This document shows, one piece after another, positions 39,201 to 52,941 of a DNA stretch of 64,000 nucleotides. The notes under the pieces are model-generated. The model was not told the DNA's origin. It ran no database searches and worked only from the letters and a program-made list of their open reading frames with translations. How positions within the stretch are numbered: position 1 is the first letter of the stretch; each line of letters opens with the position of its first letter. Position numbers and translations under genes: made by a program. The stretch is from Fimbriosthenelais zetlandica (Eukaryota): contig OZ365113.1 of the NCBI GenBank assembly GCA_977030845.1, positions 12,772,001 to 12,836,000 of the forward strand, given 5' to 3'.

Positions 39201-40008
39201 ACAGACATAGACATAAAAGGACGACCTATAGATGTTTTTACAGGTAGATCTATATATAGAGACCTTGGATTAGAATGAGGCAGACCACATTATAGTCATG
39301 GCAAGCAAAAGACGCTGCAAACTACCATGCAGGTGATGTGCTCTGCATCAAGTATGGCTTGGAAGGGTATCAGCACAATGAAAAATACTACTTTAGAAAA
39401 AGCTACTGTTGTAATTATGAATATACAGTTCGTCTTACCTGATCAGCTGCATTAACATCGATGCCTTGATCAAGGTAACGTTTCACCTCTTCTTCCTCTC
39501 CCTTCTCAACACTAGCAAACCAACGCTTCAATTCTTCGCTCAGTTCTACAGGTGGCGGCACTGCATCTGCAGCGAATACAGCCTCCACCTCTTCATCCCC
39601 ATCCATCTCCTCCACCCCCTCCTCCCCTCCTCCTCCTCCTCCTCCCTCCTCCCTGATTGCCATCTCCTGTTCCTCCACTTCTCCCTTCTGTGGCATCATT
39701 GATCTCCTGCCTCTATCTGCGAACATGGACAGTCTCTCTCCTTGGCCTGTCGTGGATCTTTTCGTTCGTTTCAGTTCAGCTTTCTCTGGACTGCTGTCCA
39801 CAGATGGCGTCATGTTTGAAGTGCCCCTCATCTTGGCCAGAAAACTAACCCCTCGTTTACTTTTAATGTTGGTAGTGCTCCCTGGGCTCCTCTCCTCCTC
39901 GGGAGAAATTCCGATGGGGGAGAGGAAACCAGTGCGAACATTGGCAGTACGAGTGGTTGGACCATCCTCGCCATCATGGGGGCCTGTATTCATAGCTTCT
40001 TCCATCAT
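36248..40008 (-). CDS. Large ankyrin-repeat protein (~990 aa, ~21 repeats) with a low-complexity acidic N-terminus
   Basis: Coding exons 40008-39439 (the exon starts at acceptor 40056; donor cag|gtaaga) and 38647-36248 (acceptor ttgcag|aag, 2400 nt including stop). The phase-0 join gives AADQ|KERTALHIAAA; repeated TPLH/TALH..A..G motifs. Confidence 0.93.
39611..39652 (-). repeat. (GGA)n-type microsatellite encoding poly-G/E in ankyrin exon
   Basis: cctcct repeats on the + strand encode EEGGGGGGGEEG. Confidence 0.8.
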
Positions 40009-43000
40009 CGCAGCTCGTCTTTCCGATGACCGGGAGGCCCTGGACCGGTATGGTTTCTGTAACAAAAGAAACAAATTGATTTTAAAGTCATATCATGAAT
40101 TTCGAAAATGTTATGAAAATGACTTTCGAGCAACTAAAATAATTAATTGTGGCCGAATTGTGACCAAAACAGGCTCCAGTTTGTCCTAATTACCGCATAT
40201 ACCGACAGGGTTCCTTTGATTCAAAGAATTAAAGTGATCATGACATTTTAAACATACTATGGACTTAGATTCTTTCCGAGTCGAGGTATAGTGGGGTCTG
40301 TAAAACTCTGTTTTGCAACTCTGAATAAAAGGAGCATGAAGGCAACGTGTGGAAAAAAGAATATCCATCCATACTTATCACTCACTCTCTCGAGATCTTT
40401 GCCTCATTGAAATCTTCGATCTAAGATTCAGAAAGCGTGATAAGCCTCACCTCTAAATTAAGTCGTTTCCAGACTAAAGCTATTTAGAGTTGCAAAAGCA
40501 CTCATAGGCACACATCGAACTACATCCCTATAGGATTGAATGCATTCAAAGTGTTTAGAACATGTTACTGTGAATTTTGATCATCAATGAATTTTGACAG
40601 TCATATAATATTATACATGTAATAGATTCTGGCCATCGTGCCTTGCTCGCGTCTCTTGATTGATATAAACCTGATATAATATGTAGTTTCTCCCATTTTC
40701 AATACTTCAAGTGTTAACATCCGATCTTTAATCATGTAGTCTAATCGTTAATTTGGATACTTCTATCATATTACATTATCAGTATTTACCCTCATTATCT
40801 CATTTTTTTGTAGCAACGCCAACGCTTAAGATCCAAACTGAGGATATCATTCAATATACTAGTTGTGAACCTAAATGTCGGTAAGACTTCAAACGTACCC
40901 TCGCCTCTACCCAGCAAACGGTTATCGGTGAAATTAGATGCAGAGAAAAATGTCAGGATGTTATTTGAATGTCGATTCTCGCCCATCCCTTCATATGATC
41001 TATTCTCATTAACGGTGAGTTGACCTATTATGCGGAAATGTGTAGCTTTTCCATCAGCTTTGCTAGTTCAGTAAGAGCGGACACAGAGGTGCAGCAACCT
41101 GGCTATCTCTCATCACTACATATTATTAGATGCGAGACACGGGAAAAGATTAACTCATTATTATGTGAGTTGGAAAAAAGTATTTTGTCTTATCTGCAAT
41201 CCTCCAATAGAGACACATTTGCATGTCCATATAATCAACATTTGGATTTAAATCATGAGAATGAATTACTGCCTTAGGATACCGTCCATAAGCTTATAAT
41301 TCCCGAATAGAGACAAAAAGGGATTATTTATGTTGGTTACATGACAGGTCCAAAAACGTTAGGCCTTTACTGGCTTGTTAAGCCCATTGCTTCGACAATG
41401 TATTAACATTGAAGCATATACAGGACTGTTATGCTGAACAATCAAATTTATCACCAAATATTCATAACTAAGGAGATCCCCTTTCAAGAGTTCATGTGAG
41501 AAGAGAGTTATCTATAACAGCAAAATCAAAAATGCCAATCAACATGAGAATTATCTGGAGACAAATCGAAGATCCTTTTGTTCTTCTGATAGACGCTGTC
41601 AAGAGGCTTTTTCCGAAATGTCTCACTCGTTAAAAAATCTTAGCCAAATGCCGTTAATGACTGTACAATCGAGGGGCAGGGAAAGGAAGGGCTAAATATA
41701 AAGTGAAACTTGAACTTGAGACATAAGAATCAATATTAAATGTCAGAAATCCAAATATAAACTTGGGACCTATTTCTAAATAATTGTAGTCATTTCAAAT
41801 ATTATACTTTTCAAAGAAACATTGCACTATATGGGGCCTACTAGCGTTGTACAAGATTTAAGCACATAACACGCTAACATCAATGTTAAATAGAACAGAA
41901 TCATTTCCGCTGCATTAGATATTCGATGGCAAAACTATATCCCAAATATAAATTATAATATAAAGTAGGAATAAAGGAATAACGAATTTAACATGGCCAA
42001 ATCATCCATTGAGATGGTAAAGGTCAAACCATTGATTGGTTCTTATTATTTTCATCAAATTAATTACTTTTTTCTTTGCTGTGTTTGTCATGTTTTGAGA
42101 GTGTAAAAACGATGGTACTCTATACAATGAAGGACACCGGCATTCAATGTTGGACAATTACTCCTCCAGGCATTTCCTTCCGTTTTCATGTACTACTGAC
42201 ATTCAGCAAGCTGCGCCTATAATTTCTTACAGCTACTCCCAGTTTATATGGAATTTCGGCTTTCATTTTAAAATTGATTCAACATCTTCAAGGATCTCAG
42301 TTTCTTAAATGTGTGCTCAGGAATTTAAAGCAGCTATAGAACATTCTGTCGAATTTCTCCTTCTATACAAAGTCACATGGAATGAAATGTGTAGTAGGTA
42401 GCCAGCTTAAAACTTTTATAAAGGTTCGAGTCTGTTAATTGCCATGATGAGGATTTTTATAAGGAATTAATGAATAAGAACTCGGGAAATCTTTTTGTGC
42501 CCAAGTCCAGAAAAATGAAATTAATGGTCCCTGTTGGAGAATCCATTAAATCAAAATTATGACGTGGATATCCAACATCTTATCAGTATGGTCAGACTTG
42601 CCAACATTGGATTTGATTTCTCACGGTATCAAATATGCAATTTCCAGTATCATGACTGATTCATGTGTGGAAAACGTGAAAGAATGGCTTAACTAAACGT
42701 TACCATTTCTTGAAAAGACAGTATTGTATAGACCTAAATGCTATCTCGACTAAGTGCAATTTTCTCCTGAGCAAATTGTTTCCTTTTGAAGTTATGTCTC
42801 GCCTTCTTCCCTGGGATAGTAATACAAACAGGAGGAAGTCTCACATCTCTCTTCTATGACACGTACAGGCTGCTTTGATCCTGGTGCAAATGACTGATGA
42901 ATTGTGTTAACATGCAACTTTCAGCAAAAATGCCAGCATTATTTTGTGACTACATTAACTCAAAATTCAGTGAGAGAGTACATGTATAGTCGTATAGGTC

Positions 43001-44152
43001 TTGCTTCCAATGGCACTCTAAAGGTTGCACATGAAGAAACCACAACATGGGTCACAATATACTGCAATTCAGGGTTCAGATTCATATGTACCAATGAGAC
43101 GTCCCTGCTAAATGAGGCACATCCCCGTTTCTGGGGTTGGCATGACCATTGTAAGTTCTAAATGTAAGCAATGAATGCAAGACCTTTGTCTGTAAAGTAT
43201 ATGTGCGCATCATCTGCAGTGTTTCTGCAGTTAGTGAGTAGCATAATATATTAACGTCCAATGACTGTTAAATTCAAGTTGAGGAAGAGAAGGGTCTCCT
43301 GTTTAATAAAATGGATTTTCCTCCGTCATAGATGGAATTGCAATATGTGATATGAAAAATATGTCATATGAAAATACACCGATCCAAGCAAGTATATGCT
43401 TATTAAATGTAAGTGTATATTGCATACTTGAGTATCAAGGCAAACAATGAATGACAAGAAGACACCTAGCAATCCATGCAAGAACTTGGTCTTACTTCTG
43501 TCTCAGATTACCTTGCATCAGTACTCCTAAAGTGCATTTTATGAGTTTAGATTATTTTCGTTCTCATCATGAAAATCATTGTAATGAAGGAGTCGGCAAA
43601 GGTATTTAATTCAAAACTTGACAATTTCAGACTTTAACTACACTACCAGGTCATTCGCCTACTTTGGATGTCATTGAAACTGATTTGAATGTCGTAGAGA
43701 TAATATGATCCTATAATGCTGGTTGGACTTAATTCTGGACATCATCCAGGGGACTGAAAATTCCGTTGGGCCCAACATTAACTTCCATATATGTATGTAA
43801 TGGAACACAAAAGTCGGCAGAGAAATCTTCAGTTACCGTGAGTTCATCTGAGCCAAGGAACTTTCTTTACCTGGAGATAACAGGCGTCAGAGCTGAGTTA
43901 ATTATGACGGAAATTCCATGAACCTGTCATCAGACATACACCTGCCCTTTTTCCTTCACTACAGAACGTGAGGATATTTCTTTTACTTGCGTAATTTTCC
44001 ACCAGCAGAACCTTACTCGGCCGATTGAACCAGAATAAAAAGGATCTTTTGTTACTGCAAGCTCACTTCTCTTATCTCATTAAAAATACATAATGAACGG
44101 CATGGCGAATGATGAAGAGATGTGAGCTGTGTTGGGTCCGAGTTGTACTTAC

Positions 44153-44602
44153 GGTCGGTTTGTGTGTTTTCCCGGTCAATGGAAGTCCCCCACAGTGGCT
44201 GCAAACCGAACTAGGGACGACCTTACAGGTGCCAATGGCTGTCAACCACAAATTTGTTGTCACAAAATATTCAAGTGTATAATCAGCATTGCAATAACAC
44301 GGAATCAGCGAAGTTTCCTGCATTTTGCCTGATGTGAAGAGTTAGCGCTCTTCAACGATCAGAGAGCGAGACGATCCGCCAGCTTGAAGCGCTCGCAGGA
44401 CTTGCTCGAGAAGAGCGACTCGCAGATAAAGACATTTAGAGTTTTTGCGGAGAGGTAGACAGAAAATCACCCCGAAAAAATGAAGGTTTGAGGTGAGTGA
44501 AGCCAACGGCAAAGGAACATAATTAGTGGCTCCTAGAGACGAGTTGTGGATTTGTGGCCAGGTAAAAAAGGACAACTCTTAATGTCACTCGTCACCGATT
44601 GG
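44153..44602 (-). promoter_or_regulatory. Probable promoter and first exon of the ankyrin gene
   Basis: CpG-richer island; CCAAT on the minus strand at 44598-44602; donor acc|gtaagt at 44152; the nearest strong downstream acceptor identified is 40056. Confidence 0.5.
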
Positions 44603-46486
44603 CAGGCTTGTAACTCGACAAGGCAGGATGACCGGGAAGCCGGGAATGCAGGCATGAGAAAAAACTAATGAAACATCATGGTAGTTAATCAACGAGGAAT
44701 TTAGGTTTGAGAGAAAGCTGTTGTGAAATATCAACCTTTAATTCAATTAGGGCCCGGGTATTATTAACATAATAATGGCGAGGCAATATTGCTTATGTGG
44801 AGACCACTTAAATGCCCATACATTGTATAGACACACCAAAAGGAGTAGGTGAGTAAAATGTTACTCTCTTCACAGACAATATTTAGGGGTTATGTACACA
44901 ATTTTTACCACATTGATGAATGCTATGCACCCCTTAATAACTTTTTACGCTCTGCAGTCCAGAGACACTCCGTTATTTCAAGGCGGACATCAGTTGTATT
45001 AGGGGGCCATTCCATTTATAATTTGCATAGACCTATACTGATACTAGGTAGTTGCCGGGAAACGTTTGAACTTTTAATAACGGGACAAAATAATAATTTG
45101 CATGACTCCAATGATACAAGATCGATACATTGCTGGAAAAAAACCTCGGGCCCTTTCTTTGTGTACGAAACATTATTAAGTGGAGCCCTATCGGTCTAAC
45201 CTTTAGGCAGATGTGGGCATTTTTCCTTTGAACTTGGTTTATGGTTTCTGAACGATTAAGGCTCTTCACCTTTGGGTGAACCTAATCCAATGTTTCCAGA
45301 CTGGCCCTCGGCCCTTGGTTCGACCTATTCCTGCATGTATGATCTGTTTCAATGACCCACCGATGAATATGTGTACAAAACATGAATATGCCAGCCATTG
45401 GCTGGATTTTGTTCTACATCCTCTTGTTGCATTTCCGATTAATAAGATATGTAAAATAACCATAAGATTATAGTAGGTCCGTAACGAATCCAAAGTATAT
45501 AATACATATATATTGTCAAAGCCTTTGAACAATCACCGAGTTGTGAAAGTCATTTTAACTGCCTCCCTCCTCCCTCCTCTCGTTGAATACACATGAACAT
45601 GAGCCAAAGCATAATTATGTACACGAGAAATTATTTTGGCACAGAAAGCTATTTAGATGGCCAGCTGAAAGTCGCCCGAAAACTTCAAACATCACTTGTG
45701 TGTGCTGGCTTTCACATAATATTGCCCTGTAGTATGGTGACACAAGAATAAAGAGTCTATGCGCAACATTGACTAATGAAAAGCCTATCTGATAATTAGG
45801 CTTTCTACTGAGATGGGAATGTATGGCCATTCGTCAAAGAAAACAGAGAAAAATTGCTAAAACTTATCTATAGCACCACACAGAACACACAAACTCTACG
45901 TGAGGTTCGACATAGTAATTCACTTTTAACATTTAGAACATTTCTCTTACCCAGTCCGACCCATAGTAGCTGCCCATAGAATCGTGATCTGAGTCGCTGT
46001 CGGTCATTTGTGCAATTCATTATGGCCCTCTGCAACAAAATGGTCTATTCGATCTGGGTCCGATCCAAATTGACCAAACTGATCAATCCAAGTCTTGCCC
46101 ATATGTAAGCACTCTTCCTTTTCTCCCTGCCATTGTGCTCTCCAAAAAGTGGTCCATAAAGGACATTCCTGAATGAGGACAAAGCCCCATTATACCTGTA
46201 GTAAGAAGGTAGCAGAGTAGATTAGGGAGAAGTTGACGGAGGACTTCAATGTGTGGCCGCCGCCGCCCGAGAGCTACACCCAACAATGGTCTGAGGAGGA
46301 GCAGGCGGTAAATTGCTCAGTGAGTACCTCACCTATGTGCTGTAAGATGTTAGTCGCTTAGGGTTCCATTGTGGAGTCTCTGTCTTTCTCTCATGCGCAG
46401 ACCACCGGTCATAACTCAAATGGATCCCAAAGCCAATCGAGAAACCTACCGACGGCTTTCCTAAAAACTATGAGTAATCTGGGAAC

Positions 46487-46955
46487 TTTGTGAAACAGAA
46501 TCGTCTCATTCAAGTCGTTTTTTCTTCACGTCCCTGACAGTTCCCTAGTGTGCGATAAGTTTCCATAGGATTTTCCTCTGGAAATCAGAGGTATGTGAGG
46601 AGGTATTCCACGAGCGACAGGATACTGGAGTTATAAAAATGGGAGACTTGGTCACCAATGTCTGTGATTTTTATGGAGAGGACTTGCCTGGAGAATTAGG
46701 ATTTCCTCCAGGGGGACAAGACATGCTTATCTCTGTCTCCCTCATTTCTGACGGATGATCCAGCAATGAATACCTTAAACCGCGGATGGCAATTAAACAC
46801 TAAACTGTGATGATGCTAATTACCAATGCCAAGCGTGCTGGCTGGGGATTCTTAGACAGACTGAGTGGGTGGCGTAGATCAGTTCCCATCTATTCTGCCA
46901 TTTCTGCACTTATTATCATCAAGTGTCATTTAAACCTACTGGGGTTCCCCTATAG
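46487..46955 (+). mobile_element. Possible highly decayed DIRS-type RT/RNase H remnant
   Basis: Stop-interrupted translation ...DG*SSNEYL...MLITNAKRAGWGFLDRLSGW resembles the DIRS RNase H pattern W..(~20 aa)..TDAS..GWG..G.W; weak. Confidence 0.25.
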
Positions 46956-49030
46956 TTAACTCCATTAAGGGGCACACAGATGGATCCCTCGCTTTTAAGA
47001 TCCCCCACCCCGCTAAAAAAAACTTTCTGGGTTCTCTTTGTTGTTGCAGGCGCTCACTTTTCCATATGGCCCGCCTTCGGTATGTATCAAGCAAAGACAA
47101 TTATGGCTATGGGTTGCTGACTCTTGACTTTTTCAGAACATTGTCTCGTCCTTAGCTATAGGACAAAGGATTCCAACACTGTCTAAATTAGGGATTGCAG
47201 ATTGATTTCTTTGAACATCATCAGCCTTTAAGACTGGTACAAGGGCCTGTTTCAGGGGAATGATGAACTAGATCAAATCACACTTATCATTAGTTATTCC
47301 CCACAAATTTCATGCCTCTCCAAAATAAGATAATTAATGAGCTATGGGGAGGTTCACCAGCTTGGTTTCATGAATCATTTTCTCAGAGAAGTATGATTTT
47401 CATTCAGATGCGGACCCTCCTTACATTGATTTCTCCAATAATGTTTTCTTGTGCGTGTCCTTTTGTTTCCCTTAATATTTATAAGTAAACCCTGGCCCTT
47501 CTAATTGGGCTGGTCTTATCCAATGCCGTAGGCGGTGACAAAATAAGATGCCAAACTGACTGGAATGACTAGAATCAATTATTTCCCGCCAATAATTACA
47601 TTCCAAGAGTAGGCCTGGAGGCTCTTAGGATATTTAGAGTAGCCTTATATAGCCTATAATATTATATGTCAACTGTATTAGTAGCTAGGCTATTATTAAC
47701 ATTTATCCTTGTTATTATTAGGCCTAGATATTCAGTCTCATGCCAGATGGAAATTTTCATCACCGAATGGAATGAGTTATCTCGTATTTCTTTGAAGTTT
47801 TCTAATTCGATTGAATAGTTTGTCCTTTTTTCCCGCCAACAGGAGAGAAGCCTAAAATAATGGCAGCATGGAAGGCACTCTCCATGTGAATTTGCTTCCT
47901 ATGGCATTGTTTAGGGCCATTTAAGATATTTATGCTATGAAATGTTCTATGAACAATTTCCCTACAATACTTTAGAAAATATGAACTACGATGAGTCTTG
48001 TGCATTTCAAATCATCTAGCAAGTATTCAGGAAATGGGATATTTCGAATCAGTTCCGGGATCGTGGCTCAATGAAGAGTCAGTGTCCGTCGGGCTAATCA
48101 GCTGATAAAGTGAGACATATAGATTATGTATGAAAGGTTTAAACACAAAATCTATGAGTATTATTTGATCCCGTCAATTATTATTCTAATCATCGACGTT
48201 ATCAGAGAAGTGACAACAAACACCTTGAAAGTGGAGCGCGTCAGATATTTAACATTGAAAATCTGTCAACAAGAACCAGCTATAATGTACTGCATTTACA
48301 TTGCATTTAGAGTGTATAGGTCTGCTAAAGAAGGGCAAAGTACAAATACTAGCTATCTTTTCCCTCCAAGTAGAGGTCAACCTCGCTTCTAAGAAAAGGA
48401 AGAATTATAAAAAATACAATGATACAATCCTAGAAATTTTTATGACATCATTTGCACATCAAAGCCTTCCCGAACCTCAAGAGTTATGCATGCAAATTTA
48501 TGCATGTGTACAACTGTCGGCCAGGTCTTTGCATCACATTGTACAGGAACAAATCCTTCATGCCTTTCAGGCAGTACATGATCACTCATGACACTCTCAT
48601 ATGTCAATCCCTCTCTGACAGCCTAACAAGGGATTCAACTTATAACTACCCAACATGCTATGTGATCATTCTACTGGCAAGGCAGATTTACTTATCACAA
48701 TGCCTACCCATGGCATCGTAAATATTACGTCCAACAAGATTCAAAGAGATCGAGAATTTCTCAAATTTTCCTCTAATCTCCACCACATTTTCTCCCTCCA
48801 TTAATCCGTGAGATAAGAATTCTACCTGTCGTTCACCTACCTCTGCCCACAGCTGCCACGCGCCTTTAGCCATTGTCAAAAGAAAACCACAATTCTGACA
48901 ACTCCAACTGCGCCCTAATGTAAAGTACTGACAATTGAAGGTGTCTTACCTTACAGCTTAATCCCCCCTGGCTGGAGGAAGCACCAGTTGAAGGGAGCGT
49001 GGAATCAAGCCGGTATGGTATATAAGCTTG

Positions 49031-52000
49031 CTACAGTGGAGCAGGCCTGGTGATATACTGGCCCCATTGACCAGGTCCTGTACATTACAAACCAAGCTAG
49101 GTCAATTGATATCTTATCTCCCTAACTCACCTGGCCCAGGTAAAATGAGACCAAGTGTTTGCTTACTCCGTTTCTCTATAATCCACAACTCTTTAATGTT
49201 TCCCTGCTTAAGATGCTGTATCATTTCAATTGCCGAGTTCTGACAATCTTTTAAAGCTGCAACAAGTAATTACATATACATGTATATGAAGAGATGTTAA
49301 TTTGATAATTTCCCTGCAAGGCAGAAATTCATTGACCTCAACAACAGTATGACCGTTTCAATCCTCAATCAGAAGTAATCTATTGTAAATCCTTCAAATT
49401 AAGAATGACTGGTTAGGAGAGTACATCCAAACAAGAGTAATTGCATTAATGCCAGATATCCATTATAAGCTGAGAACCAAAATATCTTTATAAAAAAATT
49501 CGCGATCTAATAAACATAATTATGAATTGTGATAATAACAACGAATATATATACATAGAGAGAGAGAATCATTCGTATTCCCATGCCATGAATTGAAGTA
49601 ATTCAGCTGTCCATATTTAATTCGACACTATGCGGAACTCTTCATGCAGCACGAATGACTAATAAAAAAATCTAACTATTAATCGTGGAGTAGAACGACC
49701 TTTTGCATGAATATCACTGCTTGGTCGGGCCTAGATTAACTCTGGGATCAATATAACCTTGATTAATTCCATGGCAATATCAAGACTTTAAGTGAATGCA
49801 TCCATATGCTTGATAAATGCTAAGCCAGGTGAACCCACTCAGATTTATTTACCTGTCTCAATATTTAACCAGTTAAGAAAAAATCATTTAATTTCTCCTG
49901 GGATATTTCTTGGTGTTGTACTCAATCTACTTTAAATCATGTCTCGGTGTCCTAAAATAAATTTTAACTGACTTGGTAGTGATATGTCATCAATACTCTA
50001 CAATTCAATATTAGATTGACGGTGGTCGAGGTGGGGGTAAAGTGCCTAAGGTTTGGGTATCAAAGAATAGGTTAATTAAAAGCGTCGATGTCAATAAAGA
50101 CGTTTGACCTGAGCCAAAGGGGGGGTGGTATTAATATTTAAGGTAGTGATTGATTTAATATAACATGTCGGGCCTAGTTTACTTTTTCGAAAGTCCAAAT
50201 TACAGAATGCAGAAAAAGAAGGAGCGTGTTGTGACTAGATGTGAGTGGCACGAGAAGGAGCTGGATGTGCCAGGAGCAGGAGAAATTTTTAAGGGTGGGT
50301 AGAGGGGCGGGGGGGGGGAGTACGAGAGTAGGAGCTGGACGGGACAGGAGTATAGTAGGGTGGAACTTGGATGTGACGGGAGTTTGAAGAGTATGCCTAG
50401 AATAGGCCTATGTGGCAGATGCAGGAGGAGGAGCAGTGTGTGACAGGAGCAGGGGTTTAATATAGGCCTACTAGAAGATGACAAAGTACAGTGGGGAATG
50501 CTAATTATAGTGGCCTGTGAAGAGCACCTTTTTTAACAGTGTTGGCCCTTGGCCGCCACCTCTCACACACTACTGACCCGATTTACCATCAATGCAGAGT
50601 AGGCCTAACTGTTTTATCATGTCTTGCATCTGTCATTCACAGGTAAAACGGAGAATTCATGGTCACCATGTTGATGATACAGAAAATAAATCAATCCGAA
50701 ATTAATATTTAAAAATAAGAAAAAAAGATGATGATGAATCGGGCAAGGACATGCATAATTCTCTCTCCTCTAATTAATGCATGTATAGAACTGACCTTAA
50801 CCATACAGACAAAAATGCTTGTATCATTGAACTAATAATCCAGGAAGCAAATACCAGTGGGTCTAGCCATTATACACATATACAGCCTAAAGGCTAGTTA
50901 TGACAACACGCAAGGCCCTAATCAATAGAAAGGGCTCAGTCCAACGAACAATATCAATATTATAATTTCTGGTACAAGAGAATTCTGAATCAATAATCAC
51001 ATATACATGAATTACATATTCACATTATTCGTGTAAGAGCCGTCACCATTGCCTGTATACATGCATAGACATGGAAACAATCCATGCAGCACAATAGGCC
51101 ATAAATTAATAAAGTGGCAATATAAAAGGTGTTTCTGGATTCTGCATTTCTTGCAATGGTATACTGTAGCATTGTTTTTACACTATATGCCTAGTCATAG
51201 TACACATGTATTTCAAAGACTTCGAGCCATTGAAGCAGATACATAAATTCAGATAGGGTCTATGTTCTTATTTCTAAATCTCTTAATTAGGTCTCAAAGA
51301 TGGGCTATACTCCGTCATAGACGTTTCTGCATGGTTCCCAAGGTCAGGACCTTCAATGTAGGCCCTAGAATCAATTTTTGGACCATTATTCAGGGCACAT
51401 GACGTGTTTGTAGAACCACTCACTTTCACCATACAGTTCCCTCCACAGGAACTTCATGGTGTAACTTTATCTATTGTATCATTAGCCTCGATATCATTAT
51501 GCACATGACCCAAGGCTGATGGGTTGTTAATGAGTTGTGACAACAGAACTAAAAATAAAGTTCTGTTATTCACAATATCCATGAATATCCAAGCGAATAT
51601 CGAGAGAAGCAAACAGAATCATGAACAAATTGTATAAGATAACCTAGGTGTCCAAATGAATTAAACACATTCATGGTTATACGCCTTAGAAGACAAATCC
51701 CTTGATAACAACATCAATCAACTTACCACGGTTCATCAAATGCAAACTCTTGATCAAAGTATTCCCTCCATCCCGCATGCCACATCTAATGTTATAGACC
51801 TGAATGTGCTACTGAACTCTGTTGGTAGACTATGTATTTGGACTACTATCATAACTCTTCGGCCACAAACACACCTGTTTCTTGTATGGTTTAGACCTAT
51901 ATAGGCAGTCACCTATTATATGGGGTGCAGGGAGTGGGCGCATAAACCGAAGGTGTAATGTTCAGGTAAACAATGTGGTAACTTGGGATTTCCTGAATCA

Positions 52001-52941
52001 GAAGGTACTGCCAAACAGTCAGAGATCCTGGCAGAAGATTAGCATTAGTTTTTATCTTTTAATAAACAGTTAGTCTCATTTTATCATACTGGATTGGCAG
52101 GCAGGTCGGTACTAGATAGTGGCAGAAAACCCACAGAAAAAATCTTAGCCATGTGATGCGATGGTGCCCCTAAAGTTAGTACAATGATTCCAGTCACGGA
52201 ACATAAACTAAATATAGATACTCTATATATGAAGCCCTATAATTTAACTCATTTTTATTCCATGTAAATCAGTATAGTATAGATACCTATGCATATAACA
52301 ATCATGAAAACCTTAGCTCCTACTATGAGGAAAATATAAACCAAAATGACCCATTTGTTTTGATTCCAATAGTCACACTTCAGTTCCAGCTAAATGTTTT
52401 TTTCACATAGGATTCTAATATGGGTCAGGCTGGGACACTTCAAGCTCACGGCTTTTAATAAAATATAAGACAGTACTGATGATTCCGCTCTATTTTTCAG
52501 GAAACACTTCAAACGAATTTTAAAACGAGCCCGGACAGTGCTCCACACTAGACGATGCATTAACAATTTCATCTTAAACCAATTAGAATTGTTAAAGTAA
52601 TCAATCATTTATCAAATCGATATATACATTCTGTATACCTAAAAGGGAATCATACATAGATTATCAGAAGGGGACTAGTTATGAACCGTCTCCACTTAAA
52701 ATTAAGAAAACTTTACAGGAAAGAAAGTTGGACTCACCCTTAAAATTCCCTCCAGTAAGTGCCTCCCACCTTTCCTTTTGAGGCGGAGGAAGGCCTTCCT
52801 TGTTGCGCTGAAGTCAGTGAAGAAACGTCTGTCGTCATGTAAATCTTCAGAATCTGAATCTGTGTCTGATTCTGATTCCTCTGACCCAGCTATCTCGTCT
52901 TCCGACTCACCTGAGTCATCCCCGGAAACCTTTTTGAACAT
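49031..52941 (-). CDS. Hypothetical small protein with an acidic Ser/Asp/Glu-rich N-terminus and basic core (~140-150 aa)
   Basis: Exons 52941-52738 (aaaacATG, donor gtgagt, phase 0), 51799-51727 (phase 0 to 1), 49256-49167 or 49256-49131 (phase 1 to 1, only one open frame) and a probable last exon 49077-49031. The phases chain correctly; the 3' end is uncertain. Confidence 0.5.

Noticed and set aside
39725-40189. 154 aa plus-strand ORF
   Set aside because: Antisense shadow of the ankyrin N-terminal exon.
48055-48110. tRNA A-box-like gggatcgtggctcaatg
   Set aside because: No B box or cloverleaf; at most a SINE fragment.
50200-50484. 94 aa minus-strand ORF
   Set aside because: Arises from a purine-rich low-complexity tract.
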